From assembly GCA_019057385.1 (NCBI GenBank), contig JAHQJS010000008.1:140286-204285 (forward strand): DNA of 64,000 nt. The letters run 5' to 3'. The position numbers were made by a program, and so were the translations under genes. Shown here one piece after another: positions 30,363 through 40,672 of the stretch. The notes under the pieces are model-generated. The model was not told where the DNA came from and did not search any database. It saw only the letters and a program-made list of their open reading frames with translations. Within the stretch, counting starts at the first letter, position 1. Every line of letters begins with the position of its first letter. Source of the DNA: Candidatus Borrarchaeum weybense (GTDB lineage Archaea > Asgardarchaeota > Sifarchaeia > Borrarchaeales > Borrarchaeaceae).

Positions 30363-30902
30363 CAGACTCTGATATTACTAGTTATACCCAAAAAGTCTAT
30401 ATAAGACCAGTGGCTTTCATCCCCTACCTGTCGGAGGGGGACTTCCCACCGATTAAGTTAAAAGATATTTGTCAAGTTAAACTTTTCAAGTATCCTCTTT
30501 TATTTTCAATATGTAAATAACAATGAAATCTCAGAAGTTTTGAGATTTCGCAATGTAGTATTCCTAGAAAAATGCTTTATTGAAAGAAATGTCAAATTTC
30601 CATAGAATATTTTCTTCGTATTCCGTTAAATAAACGCATTAACTATAAATAAAGACTATAAAAATAAAGATTAGATTAATAGACTTATCTTACGTAAACT
30701 ATAACTTTGTTAGCCTTGTTAAGGCTCTTTTAATTTGCAGAACTTTTAGCTAAAAAATTCTATGGAATTTGAGAATTTCGCAAAAACGTTTAAATAGTCG
30801 AACGTCACTATGTAAGAGAATGTGAACCATTCAAATAAGATTGAGAAATATGAACTATCCAGATATAATTGTTAAGAGAATTGAGTTGAGTGAGGGAAAG
30901 AT

Positions 30903-31394
30903 TTGCAATCTGACGAATGGGAACTCGATGATTTAGACAAACAAATCCTGTCAATATTGCAAGGTAATGCCCGCATTGCTTTTACTGATATTGCCAGACA
31001 ACTAGATTCACCAGATACTACTATTCATTTCAGAGTTCGCCGAATGAAAGATAAGGGGATTATTAAGAACTTTACCGTTCTAATTTCTCCTGAAAGTCTA
31101 GGATTAAATCAATATGCATTTTTCCGTCTGAAAGTTTCTGGACACATACTGCCAGATATTTCGAAGGAACGTGCCCAACAAATTGCTGAGAAGCAGAAAC
31201 AAAGACCAGAAATACGTTTTGTTGGCATTGAAGATGATGAAACTACTATCATTGGTCTGGCATTAGTCCATGATTTTAAAGAACTTGAAGAACTGCGAAA
31301 CGTATTCGAAAAAAATACGGATATTACTGAGATTCAAATATGGCCTTTAACAAAAGTTCTAAAAGGCGAAGATTATACAGATCAACTTGTATAA
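30903..31394 (+). CDS. Lrp/AsnC-family transcriptional regulator
   Basis: LDDLDKQIL..LQ.NARI.FTDIA..L....T.H.RVRRM...GII. Confidence 0.9.
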   Translation: MQSDEWELDDLDKQILSILQGNARIAFTDIARQLDSPDTTIHFRVRRMKDKGIIKNFTVLISPESLGLNQYAFFRLKVSGHILPDISKERAQQIAEKQKQRPEIRFVGIEDDETTIIGLALVHDFKELEELRNVFEKNTDITEIQIWPLTKVLKGEDYTDQLV

Positions 31395-31408
31395 TGAGAG
31401 GGGAAATA

Positions 31409-32155
31409 ATGGCAACTACATCAAAATTAATTGAAAGGGTAAAAACAGGCATCCCTGGACTTGATGGAATCTTACACGGGGGGTTCATAAGAGGTACAAA
31501 TATTGTCATTTCAGGGGGCGTTGGTACAGGTAAATCAATTTTTAGCACGCAGTTCCTTGTTGCTGGCGCAGAAAAATATAATGAATCTGGTGTCCTTGTA
31601 ACTCTAGAAGAAAAACCCGCAGAACTTAGAAGAGAGGCTGCTCAGTTTGGATGGAACCTTGAACAACTAGAGAATGAAAAAAAACTCATTATTATTGATG
31701 CTGCTTCAAGCAAAGCAGGACTCCCATCCAGTGAAGAATGGGCGCTCCGCAGAGGCTTTGATTTAAATACGTTAGCACAAGAGATCTATAAGGCTACAAA
31801 AACTATTGCAGCTCAAAGAATAGCCGTTGATTCTCTTTCAGGACTTGGCCTTAGGATAGAATCGTCTGCTGAAGTGCGGGGGTCTATTTTTAAACTAAGT
31901 GCACTATTACGTGAACTTGGAGTGACGAGTATAATGACCTCGGAGATTTTAAGCAATAGCCCAGGACTTAGCCGTTATGGTGTTGAAGAATTTGTTGCAC
32001 AAGGTCTAATAATCCTTTCCTTGGAAGAAGAACAAAGCGAATTGAGACGAAGTATGGTTATCAGAAAAATGCGTGCTACAGCACATAGCTTAAAACGTTT
32101 TCCGTTCGAAATCTCTACTAAAGGAATTGTTGTAATGCCAAGCGGAGAGATGTAG
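31409..32155 (+). CDS. Single-domain KaiC/RAD55-like ATPase
   Basis: TGIPGLD..L.GG, Walker A GGVGTGKS, VTLEE, IAVDSL, IRKMR. Confidence 0.9.
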   Translation: MATTSKLIERVKTGIPGLDGILHGGFIRGTNIVISGGVGTGKSIFSTQFLVAGAEKYNESGVLVTLEEKPAELRREAAQFGWNLEQLENEKKLIIIDAASSKAGLPSSEEWALRRGFDLNTLAQEIYKATKTIAAQRIAVDSLSGLGLRIESSAEVRGSIFKLSALLRELGVTSIMTSEILSNSPGLSRYGVEEFVAQGLIILSLEEEQSELRRSMVIRKMRATAHSLKRFPFEISTKGIVVMPSGEM

Positions 32156-32199
32156 AACATCTTTAAGCCAATAAACACAATTTTCGTTTCTTTATCCTT

Positions 32200-32703
32200 T
32201 TAAACTAAAGCACTCTTTTTTAAATATTCTACAATACCTCCGTTATCTAAAATCTCAACTAAGAATTCTGGCAATGGTTTCATGTTTATTCTATCTCCAT
32301 TAGTAAGATTCTTCACCTCGCCAGTTGAAGGGGTAATAACCAATTCATCAAGATCCATTCCAAAGCTAGATATACCTGGTGCTATAAACACGGGAAGTCC
32401 AATATTTATTGCGTTTCGAAAGAATATACGAGCAAAGCTCTCCGCTAAAACTGCTTTTATTCCAGAATACTTTAATACATAAGGAGCTTGTTCTCTTGAA
32501 CTACCCGACCCAAAATTCCTGCCGGCAACAATAATTGTCTGCCCATCTTTGACTTTTTCTAAAAACTGTGTATCAAAGTTTTCAAATGTATATTTAACTA
32601 ACTTCTCATAGTCTGAACCTAAAGTAAGTCTATGCGCTGCTATTATCAAGTCTGTATCGATATTATCCCCAAATTTCATGATTTTTCCTCTAATTTCCTT
32701 CAT
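32200..32703 (-). CDS. leuD: 3-isopropylmalate dehydratase/homoaconitase small subunit
   Basis: DNIDTDLII, NFGSGSSREQA, SFARIFFRNAINIGL; substrate not determinable. Confidence 0.88.
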   Translation of the reverse strand: MKEIRGKIMKFGDNIDTDLIIAAHRLTLGSDYEKLVKYTFENFDTQFLEKVKDGQTIIVAGRNFGSGSSREQAPYVLKYSGIKAVLAESFARIFFRNAINIGLPVFIAPGISSFGMDLDELVITPSTGEVKNLTNGDRINMKPLPEFLVEILDNGGIVEYLKKSALV

Positions 32704-33965
32704 TTTACATCCCTCGGATCTGTGATTTTTCCCATCAAAGAAGAAGCGGCAACTGTGGCACTAGAAGCTAAGAACACTTCACTTGTTCTGTCTCCCATCC
32801 TGCCAATAAAATTGCGATTAGTTGTTGAAATGCACTTTTCTCCAGGACCCAACACACCCATATGTCCACCTAGGCATGGTCCACATGTTGGTGTAGAAAC
32901 AACTCCACCTGCTTCTGCAAAGATCTCCAGAAGTCCTTCTCTTAATGCTTGTAACCAGATTTGCTGTGTACCAGGAATTACAATCAGCCTGAAATTTGCT
33001 TTCACTTGCTTTCCTTTTAGTATTTTTGCCGCTATTCTCAAATCTGTAAGTCTTCCACCAGTACATGAACCAATAAAGGCTTGGTCAACTTCTTGCCCTT
33101 CTAATTCCCTTGCAGTAACAACATTTGACGGTAAATGAGGTTTTGCGACCACAGGTTCAAGATTATCTGCTTCTATTTCGATTTTTTCTAAGTATTCGGC
33201 ATCTTTATCACTAGTTAATGGTGTAAACACTTTTTTGGTTCTTTGCTCGATATATTCTATTGTTCTTTCATCAGGACAGACTATTCCTGTCTTAGCACCT
33301 GCTTCTATGCTCATGTTACAAATCGTAAAACGTTCATCAAATGGAAGTGCTCGTAATGCGTTTCCATCAAATTCCATTGCTCTATACGTAGCACCATCTA
33401 CACCAATATCTCCTATAATCGATAAAATGACATCTTTACCCGAGATATATCCATGTTCGGGTAAATTTCCTGAAATATTAAAACACATAGTCTCAGGAAC
33501 TCTAAACCATAATTCGCCGGTAGCAAACACTACTGCCATTTCTGTTGTACCTATTCCAACTGCAAAGGCGCCTACGGCTCCTGAGGTGCAAGTATGTGAG
33601 TCTGTTCCGACAACAAGATCTCCTGGAACTACATGTCCCTCTTGTGAGATCATTATATGACAAATCCCATGGCGACCAATCGGATAATAATTTGCGATAT
33701 TTTGCTCTTTTACGAATTTCTCCATTGACAAACATAACTTGGCAGACGCAATGTCTTTATTTGGTACAAAATGGTCTGGTGTGACAATTATCCGTGAGGA
33801 ATCCCAGACTTTTCCACCCAATTGTTCCAAGATTTCAGCGGTAGGTCCGCATAATACATCATGAGTTAAAGCAAGATCTATTTTTGCAGTTACTATTTGA
33901 CCGCTTGTTACATGTTTTTCTCCAGATGCCCTTGCTAGTATTTTTTCTGAAATCGTATAGCCCAT
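32700..33965 (-). CDS. leuC: 3-isopropylmalate dehydratase/homoaconitase large subunit
   Basis: GICH, DSHTCT.GA, FIGSCTGGR, TCGPCLG, STTNRNF.GRMG. Confidence 0.9.
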   Translation of the reverse strand: MGYTISEKILARASGEKHVTSGQIVTAKIDLALTHDVLCGPTAEILEQLGGKVWDSSRIIVTPDHFVPNKDIASAKLCLSMEKFVKEQNIANYYPIGRHGICHIMISQEGHVVPGDLVVGTDSHTCTSGAVGAFAVGIGTTEMAVVFATGELWFRVPETMCFNISGNLPEHGYISGKDVILSIIGDIGVDGATYRAMEFDGNALRALPFDERFTICNMSIEAGAKTGIVCPDERTIEYIEQRTKKVFTPLTSDKDAEYLEKIEIEADNLEPVVAKPHLPSNVVTARELEGQEVDQAFIGSCTGGRLTDLRIAAKILKGKQVKANFRLIVIPGTQQIWLQALREGLLEIFAEAGGVVSTPTCGPCLGGHMGVLGPGEKCISTTNRNFIGRMGDRTSEVFLASSATVAASSLMGKITDPRDVK

Positions 33966-34187
33966 CTTTCATCACTATACATATTGGTTTTTCCTCAAAA
34001 TCTCACAGATTTTTAAAAGTTTACTGGAGAAAAAAAGTTGCCTATCTTTAATAAGATATAATTGTATACTGACAACGGAATTTCTTGGCTTTTCTAAAAG
34101 TTAAAATTTAAAATCCACAATCACTATTAAAAATGAAGGTTGATTACAAGCCCCCTTAAAAGAGTAATTTTCCTTTGAGGTGTTTCT

Positions 34188-35486
34188 TTGAGGTATTTAA
34201 CGATTGATGAAGCTTTGAATAGGGGTTCTGGAGCAGTAAATTTAAGAGGCTGGGTTTATAGAGAACGAAAATCGAACAAATTTGTATTCATAGTCCTAAG
34301 AGACGAATCTGACATAATACAATGTGTTATATCAAAGGAAAAAAATCCAGAACTCTTTGAAGAAGCCACAAAATTAACGATTGAATCGTCCGTACGGCTC
34401 ACAGGTGAATTAAAGAAGGATGATAGGGCTCCCACCGGCTATGAAATTTCTCCTGTATCTGATTTGGAGGTTATACAAATTGCCGACCCTTTCCCAATAA
34501 CTGCGGAGCAGTCTCTTGAACTTCTCTACGACAATAGACACCTTTGGTTAAGGTCAAGGAAATTAAATGCCGTATTAAAAGTTCGGCATTGCGTGGTTGG
34601 AGCCATTCACGAGTTCTTCAGAAGTCGTGGATATTATTTATTTGATGCCCCCATTTTTCAACCCATTCAATCTGAAGGTGGCGCTACGCTTTTTGAAGTT
34701 AAATACTTTGAAGATGACAAGATTTACTTAAGCCAAACATGGCAATTGTATGCTGAAGCAGCGATTTTTTCATTAGGCAAGATCTACAATATGGGGCCAA
34801 CGTTTAGAGCAGAAAAATCAAAATCTTCAAGGCATTTGGCAGAATTTTGGATGGCCGAAATGGAAGCCGCTTGGATGAAGCTTGATGAGGTCACAGAAGT
34901 CGCAAAAGATGAAGTTCGATTTATCATACAAGAAGTTCTAAAACATAATAGGAAAGAAATTGAAATTCTACAGAGAGACATTGACTTGTTAGAACGTTAT
35001 GCAAAAGAAGAATATCCGACGATCAAATATTCTGAAGCGTTAGATATACTCGCTAACGAATATCAAATGCATGTTCCCTGGGGTAAGGATTTAAGAACCA
35101 TCGAAGAAGGAAAGATCGGCGAATACTTTAACGTACCTGTAGTTGTTACACATTATCCCACTAAAATCATGGGGTTTTACAAACCTCCGAGTGAGGATAA
35201 ACCTGAGGAAGCGTTATGTTTTGACATGTTAGCACCAGAGGGGTATTGTGAAATCATTGGTGGGTCGGAAAGAAGTTTGTTAGTTAACGATATGATAAAA
35301 AGATTGGAAGCAGAAGGTGAAGATCCCACAAAATATGAATGGTATTTTGACCTGCGAAAGTATGGTAGTGTGCCCCATTCGGGCTACGGGTTGGGCGTGG
35401 AACGAGTAGTCAGTTGGATTTGTGGACTAGATAATATTAAGGACGCCATAGCTTTCCCGAGAACTATGACGCGAAAGAATCCATAA
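34188..35486 (+). CDS. asnS: Asparagine--tRNA ligase
   Basis: OB-fold RGWV..R, YLSQT.QLY.E, FRAEKS...RHLAEFW, YGSVPHSG.GLG.ER. Confidence 0.92.
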   Translation: MRYLTIDEALNRGSGAVNLRGWVYRERKSNKFVFIVLRDESDIIQCVISKEKNPELFEEATKLTIESSVRLTGELKKDDRAPTGYEISPVSDLEVIQIADPFPITAEQSLELLYDNRHLWLRSRKLNAVLKVRHCVVGAIHEFFRSRGYYLFDAPIFQPIQSEGGATLFEVKYFEDDKIYLSQTWQLYAEAAIFSLGKIYNMGPTFRAEKSKSSRHLAEFWMAEMEAAWMKLDEVTEVAKDEVRFIIQEVLKHNRKEIEILQRDIDLLERYAKEEYPTIKYSEALDILANEYQMHVPWGKDLRTIEEGKIGEYFNVPVVVTHYPTKIMGFYKPPSEDKPEEALCFDMLAPEGYCEIIGGSERSLLVNDMIKRLEAEGEDPTKYEWYFDLRKYGSVPHSGYGLGVERVVSWICGLDNIKDAIAFPRTMTRKNP

Positions 35487-36886
35487 TTCCAAATACCAGA
35501 ATTCGTTAAATGTTGTCGTGTTCTACTTTTTTATTCAGCATATAAAAGAAGCCTTGCTTTTTGTTTATAAGAAGAACTTGAGGACACTAGGCTTGAAAAT
35601 TATTCTCGGATTTAATTTTTTTTAGAACATAAAAAACTATTATCCCTACAGCAAACCCTACAGCCATATTTGTTAATATCGATAAAATAGCAGTTACAAG
35701 CATTATACCTATTTCCCTAAGATCGCGTTTAATGTCTTTAACGAAACTAACTAACTGAACACTCACAAAAAGTAACATTGCCGCTACTATGCCGATCGGG
35801 AATGCTGAAAATAAGGCAACAATTGATCCTGCAAACAATAAACCTAAAATTAGCTCAATTGTTCCTTCCATGATATTTGCTCCACCTGTCCGAGCGCCAA
35901 AAGAATATTGCGCGACTAGCCCGCCGCCCCCGTGACACATAGGAAAGCCACCAAAGAAGGGTGCAGCTAAATTCATTACCCCCATGTTTTGCATAATTCT
36001 TTTTTCACTGACTGCTCTTTCTGGGAAATAATCTTTAATTAAGGCTGCTACCACAATTACCGCATTTGTAATACTTAGAGGAATCTGGGCGATACCTGCT
36101 AAAAGCATTCCTTGATACATGCTTTGCAATGTCGGTGCTGTAAGAGGCGGTAATGTGAAATTAAAGATAATCACTCCCAATAACTGACCTTGAAACGCTA
36201 TAATCCCAATCCCAAGAAGTACTAATACAAGTGCTGCTGGGGCGTTCTTGTTATTTCTTAATAAGACTATTAGAATAATGGCGATAAGACCGAAAAGCAA
36301 TCCTGACAGCAGCATTTCAAAACCAGTAAGTGCGAGACTTATTCCTAGTGCTAAAAGAATTCCCCTAATTACACATTGCGGAGTATATTTTGAAATTTTC
36401 TCGATTACAGATTCTCCTTTGATCTTAGTAAAGGAAAGACCAAGCCACGCTAAACCTAGACTAAACCCTGTGCCATACACCAAACTTGGAGTCCATTTTT
36501 GCGCGATGGCAGCACTCGCGACAACTTTTTTGGGTTGAAGAGGCATTGGGATCTTGTAAACTAAACCTAGAAAGATATTGGTTAGCCCCAACATCACGAG
36601 AAAACCTGCCGGATGTAACCCTACTATCACGATATAACCTATAGCTAGGGGGACTAACGTTCCAAAATCTCCCATTGATCCCGCTAACTCTCTTAAATTA
36701 AATTCGAAATCAGGATGTGAACCTTTAACAGGGGTGATGGTAGCAGGCTCTGACTCTGCTTTCGCCTCTAAGCTCTGTTCTTGTTGCTGATCTTCCTTGT
36801 CATCTATCAAGTTCATCTATCCTCTTAATTAACTTCAAGATGCAGGCAATCCATTCCCTAGAACTATGACTCGAAAGAATCCTTAA
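35454..36886 (+). repeat. 33-bp direct repeat of the asnS 3' end (35454-35486 / 36854-36886) flanking the molybdate transporter gene
   Basis: 30/33 identical; all three differences synonymous (FPRTMTRKNP*). Confidence 0.9.
35587..36816 (-). CDS. MOT1-type sulfate/molybdate transporter
   Basis: ELAGSMGDFGT..P, PMPLQP.K, FGGFPMCHG.GGL..QY.FGARTGG. Confidence 0.88.
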   Translation of the reverse strand: MNLIDDKEDQQQEQSLEAKAESEPATITPVKGSHPDFEFNLRELAGSMGDFGTLVPLAIGYIVIVGLHPAGFLVMLGLTNIFLGLVYKIPMPLQPKKVVASAAIAQKWTPSLVYGTGFSLGLAWLGLSFTKIKGESVIEKISKYTPQCVIRGILLALGISLALTGFEMLLSGLLFGLIAIILIVLLRNNKNAPAALVLVLLGIGIIAFQGQLLGVIIFNFTLPPLTAPTLQSMYQGMLLAGIAQIPLSITNAVIVVAALIKDYFPERAVSEKRIMQNMGVMNLAAPFFGGFPMCHGGGGLVAQYSFGARTGGANIMEGTIELILGLLFAGSIVALFSAFPIGIVAAMLLFVSVQLVSFVKDIKRDLREIGIMLVTAILSILTNMAVGFAVGIIVFYVLKKIKSENNFQA

Positions 36887-37072
36887 TCCAAATATACCAA
36901 CATCTTTTGACTAGAAGTTTTTTGTGAAACATCTTGTCAGTATGCTATCCTATTATCATGGGCACTTTCTGGCTTATTTATCGGTAAAGTTGGACGTCAA
37001 TTAAATGATCTTAAACTCTAAAAATTCTTTATGAGCATATACAAAATAAAAAAAAGGAATGTAATGATGAAT

Positions 37073-38056
37073 TCAATGGCAGTGACAACATTCATGTGCT
37101 TCACAGAGTGCTGCTGTACTTGTTCCAAAGTTGCCGCTTATCGGTCCCCAGTGCGCGAGTTCTGCAGATTGCGTTGAACATCCGGTTATACTTGCACACT
37201 TACCATACAAGGGCTTAAACAAAACTTCGCCACCTACGGTATAACTGGCGATTTTGGCCTGGCCTGCTTCTGAAATCATGAACGCTACGAGATTTTGAGC
37301 CATTTCATGATTAAGATCTGGATACATCGCTGGATTAATCTGTATCATTCCATAGGGGTTCAGCAGGATTTGATCACCCTCTGATAAGACAATAAGCCCC
37401 AATGTGTTCTTTTTGGATAACCATGTGCCTCGATCTACAAGACAATAACCTAGTTGTTGATCCGCTACCGTTAATGTGTCACCCATCCCCTGACCAGTTT
37501 CTACGTACCATGACTTACCCACAGGGTCTATGCCAGTTTCATCCCAAATAACCAACTCTTTTTTATGCGTGCCTGAGTTATCTCCTCTACTGATAAATAC
37601 GGCGTTGCCAGCATCCCCAGCAGCTGCGATTTTTTTGAACGTAGTTGTTGCACTGGTTTGACCAAGTATACCCGCAGGATCGCTTGGCGGTCCAATTATT
37701 ATGAAATCATTATACATTACACATACACGATGCACTCCATATCCATCATTGACAAATTGATCTTCCGATGCCCGAGCATGGACCAGCAACACATCTGCAT
37801 CACCCGACTGCGCTGTAGCTATTGCTTGACCAGTCCCGACAGATACTATGTCGACTTTCACGAGATATCTGTTTTCGAACTCTGGTAGAAGATAATCAAG
37901 TAAGCCAGAATCGTAAGTGGAAGTTGTTGTAGCTAAGATCAGCCTTGGTCGGCCGTATTCCCATGCAGCAAGGCCTACAGTAACGCCAAGTACAGCAACA
38001 ATGACAACCGCAATCGCAATTCTCGTTCTTCTTTGACTCCACCTTGACATTTCCAT
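37073..38056 (-). CDS. tupA: Tungstate ABC transporter substrate-binding protein
   Basis: ATTTSTYDSGLL, GTGQA, GDADVLLVHA, MYNDF, FISRGDNSGTH.KE, LLNPY. Confidence 0.93.
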   Translation of the reverse strand: MEMSRWSQRRTRIAIAVVIVAVLGVTVGLAAWEYGRPRLILATTTSTYDSGLLDYLLPEFENRYLVKVDIVSVGTGQAIATAQSGDADVLLVHARASEDQFVNDGYGVHRVCVMYNDFIIIGPPSDPAGILGQTSATTTFKKIAAAGDAGNAVFISRGDNSGTHKKELVIWDETGIDPVGKSWYVETGQGMGDTLTVADQQLGYCLVDRGTWLSKKNTLGLIVLSEGDQILLNPYGMIQINPAMYPDLNHEMAQNLVAFMISEAGQAKIASYTVGGEVLFKPLYGKCASITGCSTQSAELAHWGPISGNFGTSTAALCEAHECCHCH

Positions 38057-38071
38057 ATTCTCCTCAATATT

Positions 38072-38200
38072 GTTATGTATTTGAATTCATATCGTATACG
38101 ATAGGAATATATATACATAACGGATAAATAATTGTCCGCGCTAGAAGGAAACCATCTTTTTATATTTACAGAAATACCTTTATGCGCAAGATTGCATAAT
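38072..38200. promoter_or_regulatory. Three ModE-box-like palindromes in the tupA/tupB divergent region
   Basis: GTTATG-N10-CATATC (38072), GATAGG-N10-CATAAC (38100), TTTATG-N10-CATAAT (38179). Confidence 0.6.
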
Positions 38201-38261
38201 GATTATAAAATGCATAACGGTTGTTGATCAGGATAGTTGATAGCGGTAGGAATGTGATATA

Positions 38262-38945
38262 ATGGCTATCGGGGAGTCTTTATTAGAAGCGTTTTCAGCT
38301 GGCGAGTTATGGCAAATCATGTTTCTTTCGTTGCGTGTTTCTGGCACAGCGACATTTTTAGCGGCCTGTTGTGGAATCCCTCTAGGGATGATTCTTGGCT
38401 TACGCGTTTATATAGGTCGTAGGATGATCAATAATTTGGTAAACACAGCAATGGGACTTCCTCCAGTCGTTATTGGATTATTTGTGTTTCTCTTAGTTTC
38501 AAGGACCGGGCCATTAGGTTTTTTAGAACTTTTATATACCCCAACTGCTATGATTGTTGCACAGTGGGTATTGGCCACACCAATTGTTACAGGTATCACC
38601 ATGGCTGCGGTTCGCAGTGTTCAAAACAAATATAGAGATACCGCCTTATCGCTGGGTGCAACAGAGACACAACTATGGATCACAATTCTCAAAGAGGCGC
38701 GAATATCGATCTTAGCGGGTATATGCGTTGCATTCGGACAGGCGATTTCTGAAGTCGGTGCTATTATGATAGTGGGCGGTAATATTCGTTTTACTACGCG
38801 TGCAATGACAACAGCAATCGTCCTACAGACCAGAATGGGCCTATTTGGCATGGCAATAGCACTTGGCATAATTCTCATTGTACTTGCCTTCCTTGTTAAT
38901 CTGATTTTCACGACGCTGCAGGAAGGAACTGAGGTTGTAAGATGA
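38262..38945 (+). CDS. tupB: Tungstate ABC transporter permease
   Basis: MGLPPVVIGL, SR.GPLG...LLYTP.AM, ISEVGA...VGGNI. Confidence 0.92.
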   Translation: MAIGESLLEAFSAGELWQIMFLSLRVSGTATFLAACCGIPLGMILGLRVYIGRRMINNLVNTAMGLPPVVIGLFVFLLVSRTGPLGFLELLYTPTAMIVAQWVLATPIVTGITMAAVRSVQNKYRDTALSLGATETQLWITILKEARISILAGICVAFGQAISEVGAIMIVGGNIRFTTRAMTTAIVLQTRMGLFGMAIALGIILIVLAFLVNLIFTTLQEGTEVVR

Positions 38946-39676
38946 CTCTTCTCAAAGTTAGTAATCTGTCTAAAAAATACGTTGAAAAATACGCAATAAA
39001 AGATATTTCCTTTGAACTTGAACAAAGAAAATTTTTTACACTCATAGGACCTTCTGGCGCCGGAAAAACTACACTTTTACGCCTGATTAACCTTTTAGAG
39101 CCACCTACATCTGGAGAAATCGAATATAATGGATGGTCACTTAAAACATTGCACAAGAAAAAAATGGTAAATGCACGGCGTGAGATGGGTTTTGTGTTTC
39201 AGCGTCCTGTTGTTTTCTCCACGACAGTCAAAGCAAATGTGGCTTATGGTCTCAATTTTCGAAATCTACCTTCTGATGAAATTGAAGAAAGAGTTCATCG
39301 CGCACTTGACATGGTAGGTCTCCATGGATTTGAAGAAAGAAAAGCGTTGACTCTAAGCGGCGGTGAGATCCAGCGAGTGGCACTTGCAAGGACGCTTGCG
39401 ACTGAGCCAAAAATGTTATTATTAGACGAAGCCACAGCTGATTTAGATCCCGCAAATGTAGCATTGATCGAAAGTGTGCTTAAAAAATTCAATGAGGAAA
39501 AAAAAGTCACAATTATTATGGCCACGCATAATTTTTTCCAAGCTAAACGTCTTGGAGCTCTTGTAGGATTCATGATGGGCGGTGAAATGATTGAGATAGG
39601 TACCGCTGACCAAATCTTTAATCATCCTCAAGATGAGCGTACGGAAGCTTTCATCTCGGGAGAAATGATCTATTAA
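38942..39676 (+). CDS. tupC: Tungstate ABC transporter ATP-binding protein
   Basis: GPSGAGKT, LSGGE.QR, LLLDE; operonic with tupB. Confidence 0.88.
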   Translation: MTLLKVSNLSKKYVEKYAIKDISFELEQRKFFTLIGPSGAGKTTLLRLINLLEPPTSGEIEYNGWSLKTLHKKKMVNARREMGFVFQRPVVFSTTVKANVAYGLNFRNLPSDEIEERVHRALDMVGLHGFEERKALTLSGGEIQRVALARTLATEPKMLLLDEATADLDPANVALIESVLKKFNEEKKVTIIMATHNFFQAKRLGALVGFMMGGEMIEIGTADQIFNHPQDERTEAFISGEMIY

Positions 39677-39697
39677 AATAGCCTGTGTTTGATTAAA

Positions 39698-40372
39698 ATG
39701 TCTACCAAAGTTCAAAGTGACAAAGAAAAGCATGACAAAGAGATTGAAGAAGTAGAAAACGACAATCGCACCTTACTTGAAATCTCACCGAAATTTCGAC
39801 TGTGGTTAGAACTAGATGATGAATCACTTAGTGAGGAAGATAAAGCGTTACTTGGAAAAGGTGGCGCTTTACTTTTGCAAAAAATTTCAGAAACAGGTAG
39901 CATTAGCGAAGCTATCCGTGATGTCCCCTCTAAACATGGTGCACATAAAAAAACAGGTCTATCCTATCGATATGCTTGGGGTCTTCTAAAGAAGATAAGT
40001 ACTCGTCTTAAGAAACCAATTATTCAAAAATTTCGAGGTGGGCGAAAGGGTGGAGGCTCTGAACTGACTTCAACTGGCGAAGAATTATTACGCTACTACA
40101 TACGCTTAGAAAATCTCATTCAGGCAACTTTAGCCGATAAGGAATTGTGGGAGGCGATAAGCCTTAAATTAATCGATAAAAATCGCTTAGAAGGTGAAGT
40201 TGTTAGTGTTATGAGAGATCCTATTGCTGCAAAGGTAAAAATCGAATTAAAAGTTCCCACCGTAATACATTCGTTAATTACTACTGAAGCGGTAGATGAT
40301 TTAAACCTAAAGGAAGGAGATACAGTCAAAGCGATAATTAAAGCTCCCCATCTTTACCTTAATGTCGCATAG
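39698..40372 (+). CDS. modE: ModE-like regulator (wHTH + TOBE)
   Basis: LL..I.ETGSIS.A, SYRYAW, RGG..GGGSELT, C-terminal N.L.G.V...IT.EAV..L.L. Confidence 0.85.
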   Translation: MSTKVQSDKEKHDKEIEEVENDNRTLLEISPKFRLWLELDDESLSEEDKALLGKGGALLLQKISETGSISEAIRDVPSKHGAHKKTGLSYRYAWGLLKKISTRLKKPIIQKFRGGRKGGGSELTSTGEELLRYYIRLENLIQATLADKELWEAISLKLIDKNRLEGEVVSVMRDPIAAKVKIELKVPTVIHSLITTEAVDDLNLKEGDTVKAIIKAPHLYLNVA

Positions 40373-40441
40373 TCGAATTTAATTCCTGAAAAGGAGTTAT
40401 TCAAATAATTAAATAGAATACAAACCTTGAGAGGTTGTAGT

Positions 40442-40654
40442 TTGAAAATAAGCGCTAGGAATCAAATTGTGGGTAAAGTCATCAGTATTGAGAAAAAGCA
40501 AGTAGCTGCTTCGGTCAAGATTGAAGTGACCGAACCCGTAACTTTGACTACAGTTATTACTGTTGAAGCAGTCGATGAGTTGAATATAAAACCAGGTGAT
40601 ACTATCGAGGTGGTCGTGAAAGCCACCGAGGTAATGGTAGCCAAGGAATTGTAA
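40442..40654 (+). CDS. Molbindin (Mop/TOBE) protein
   Basis: KISARNQI.GKV...IT.EAVDEL....VKATEVMV. Confidence 0.92.
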   Translation: MKISARNQIVGKVISIEKKQVAASVKIEVTEPVTLTTVITVEAVDELNIKPGDTIEVVVKATEVMVAKEL

Positions 40655-40672
40655 CTTTAACTTCTCATTAGT

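Larger units (their letters stand above)
29074..30457 (-). mobile_element. IS200/IS605-family (IS1341-type, tnpB-only) element, scaffold family 1
   Basis: Left-end hairpin GGGAAGTCCCC..GGGGATGAAAGCC after TTTAA; tnpB ORF; right-end hairpin ending GGTAGTTCAC; no tnpA; higher GC than host. Confidence 0.92.

Noticed and set aside
30526-30790. Replication origin (inverted repeats around an AT-rich core)
   Set aside because: Repeats do not match the ORB consensus and no cdc6/orc1 is adjacent
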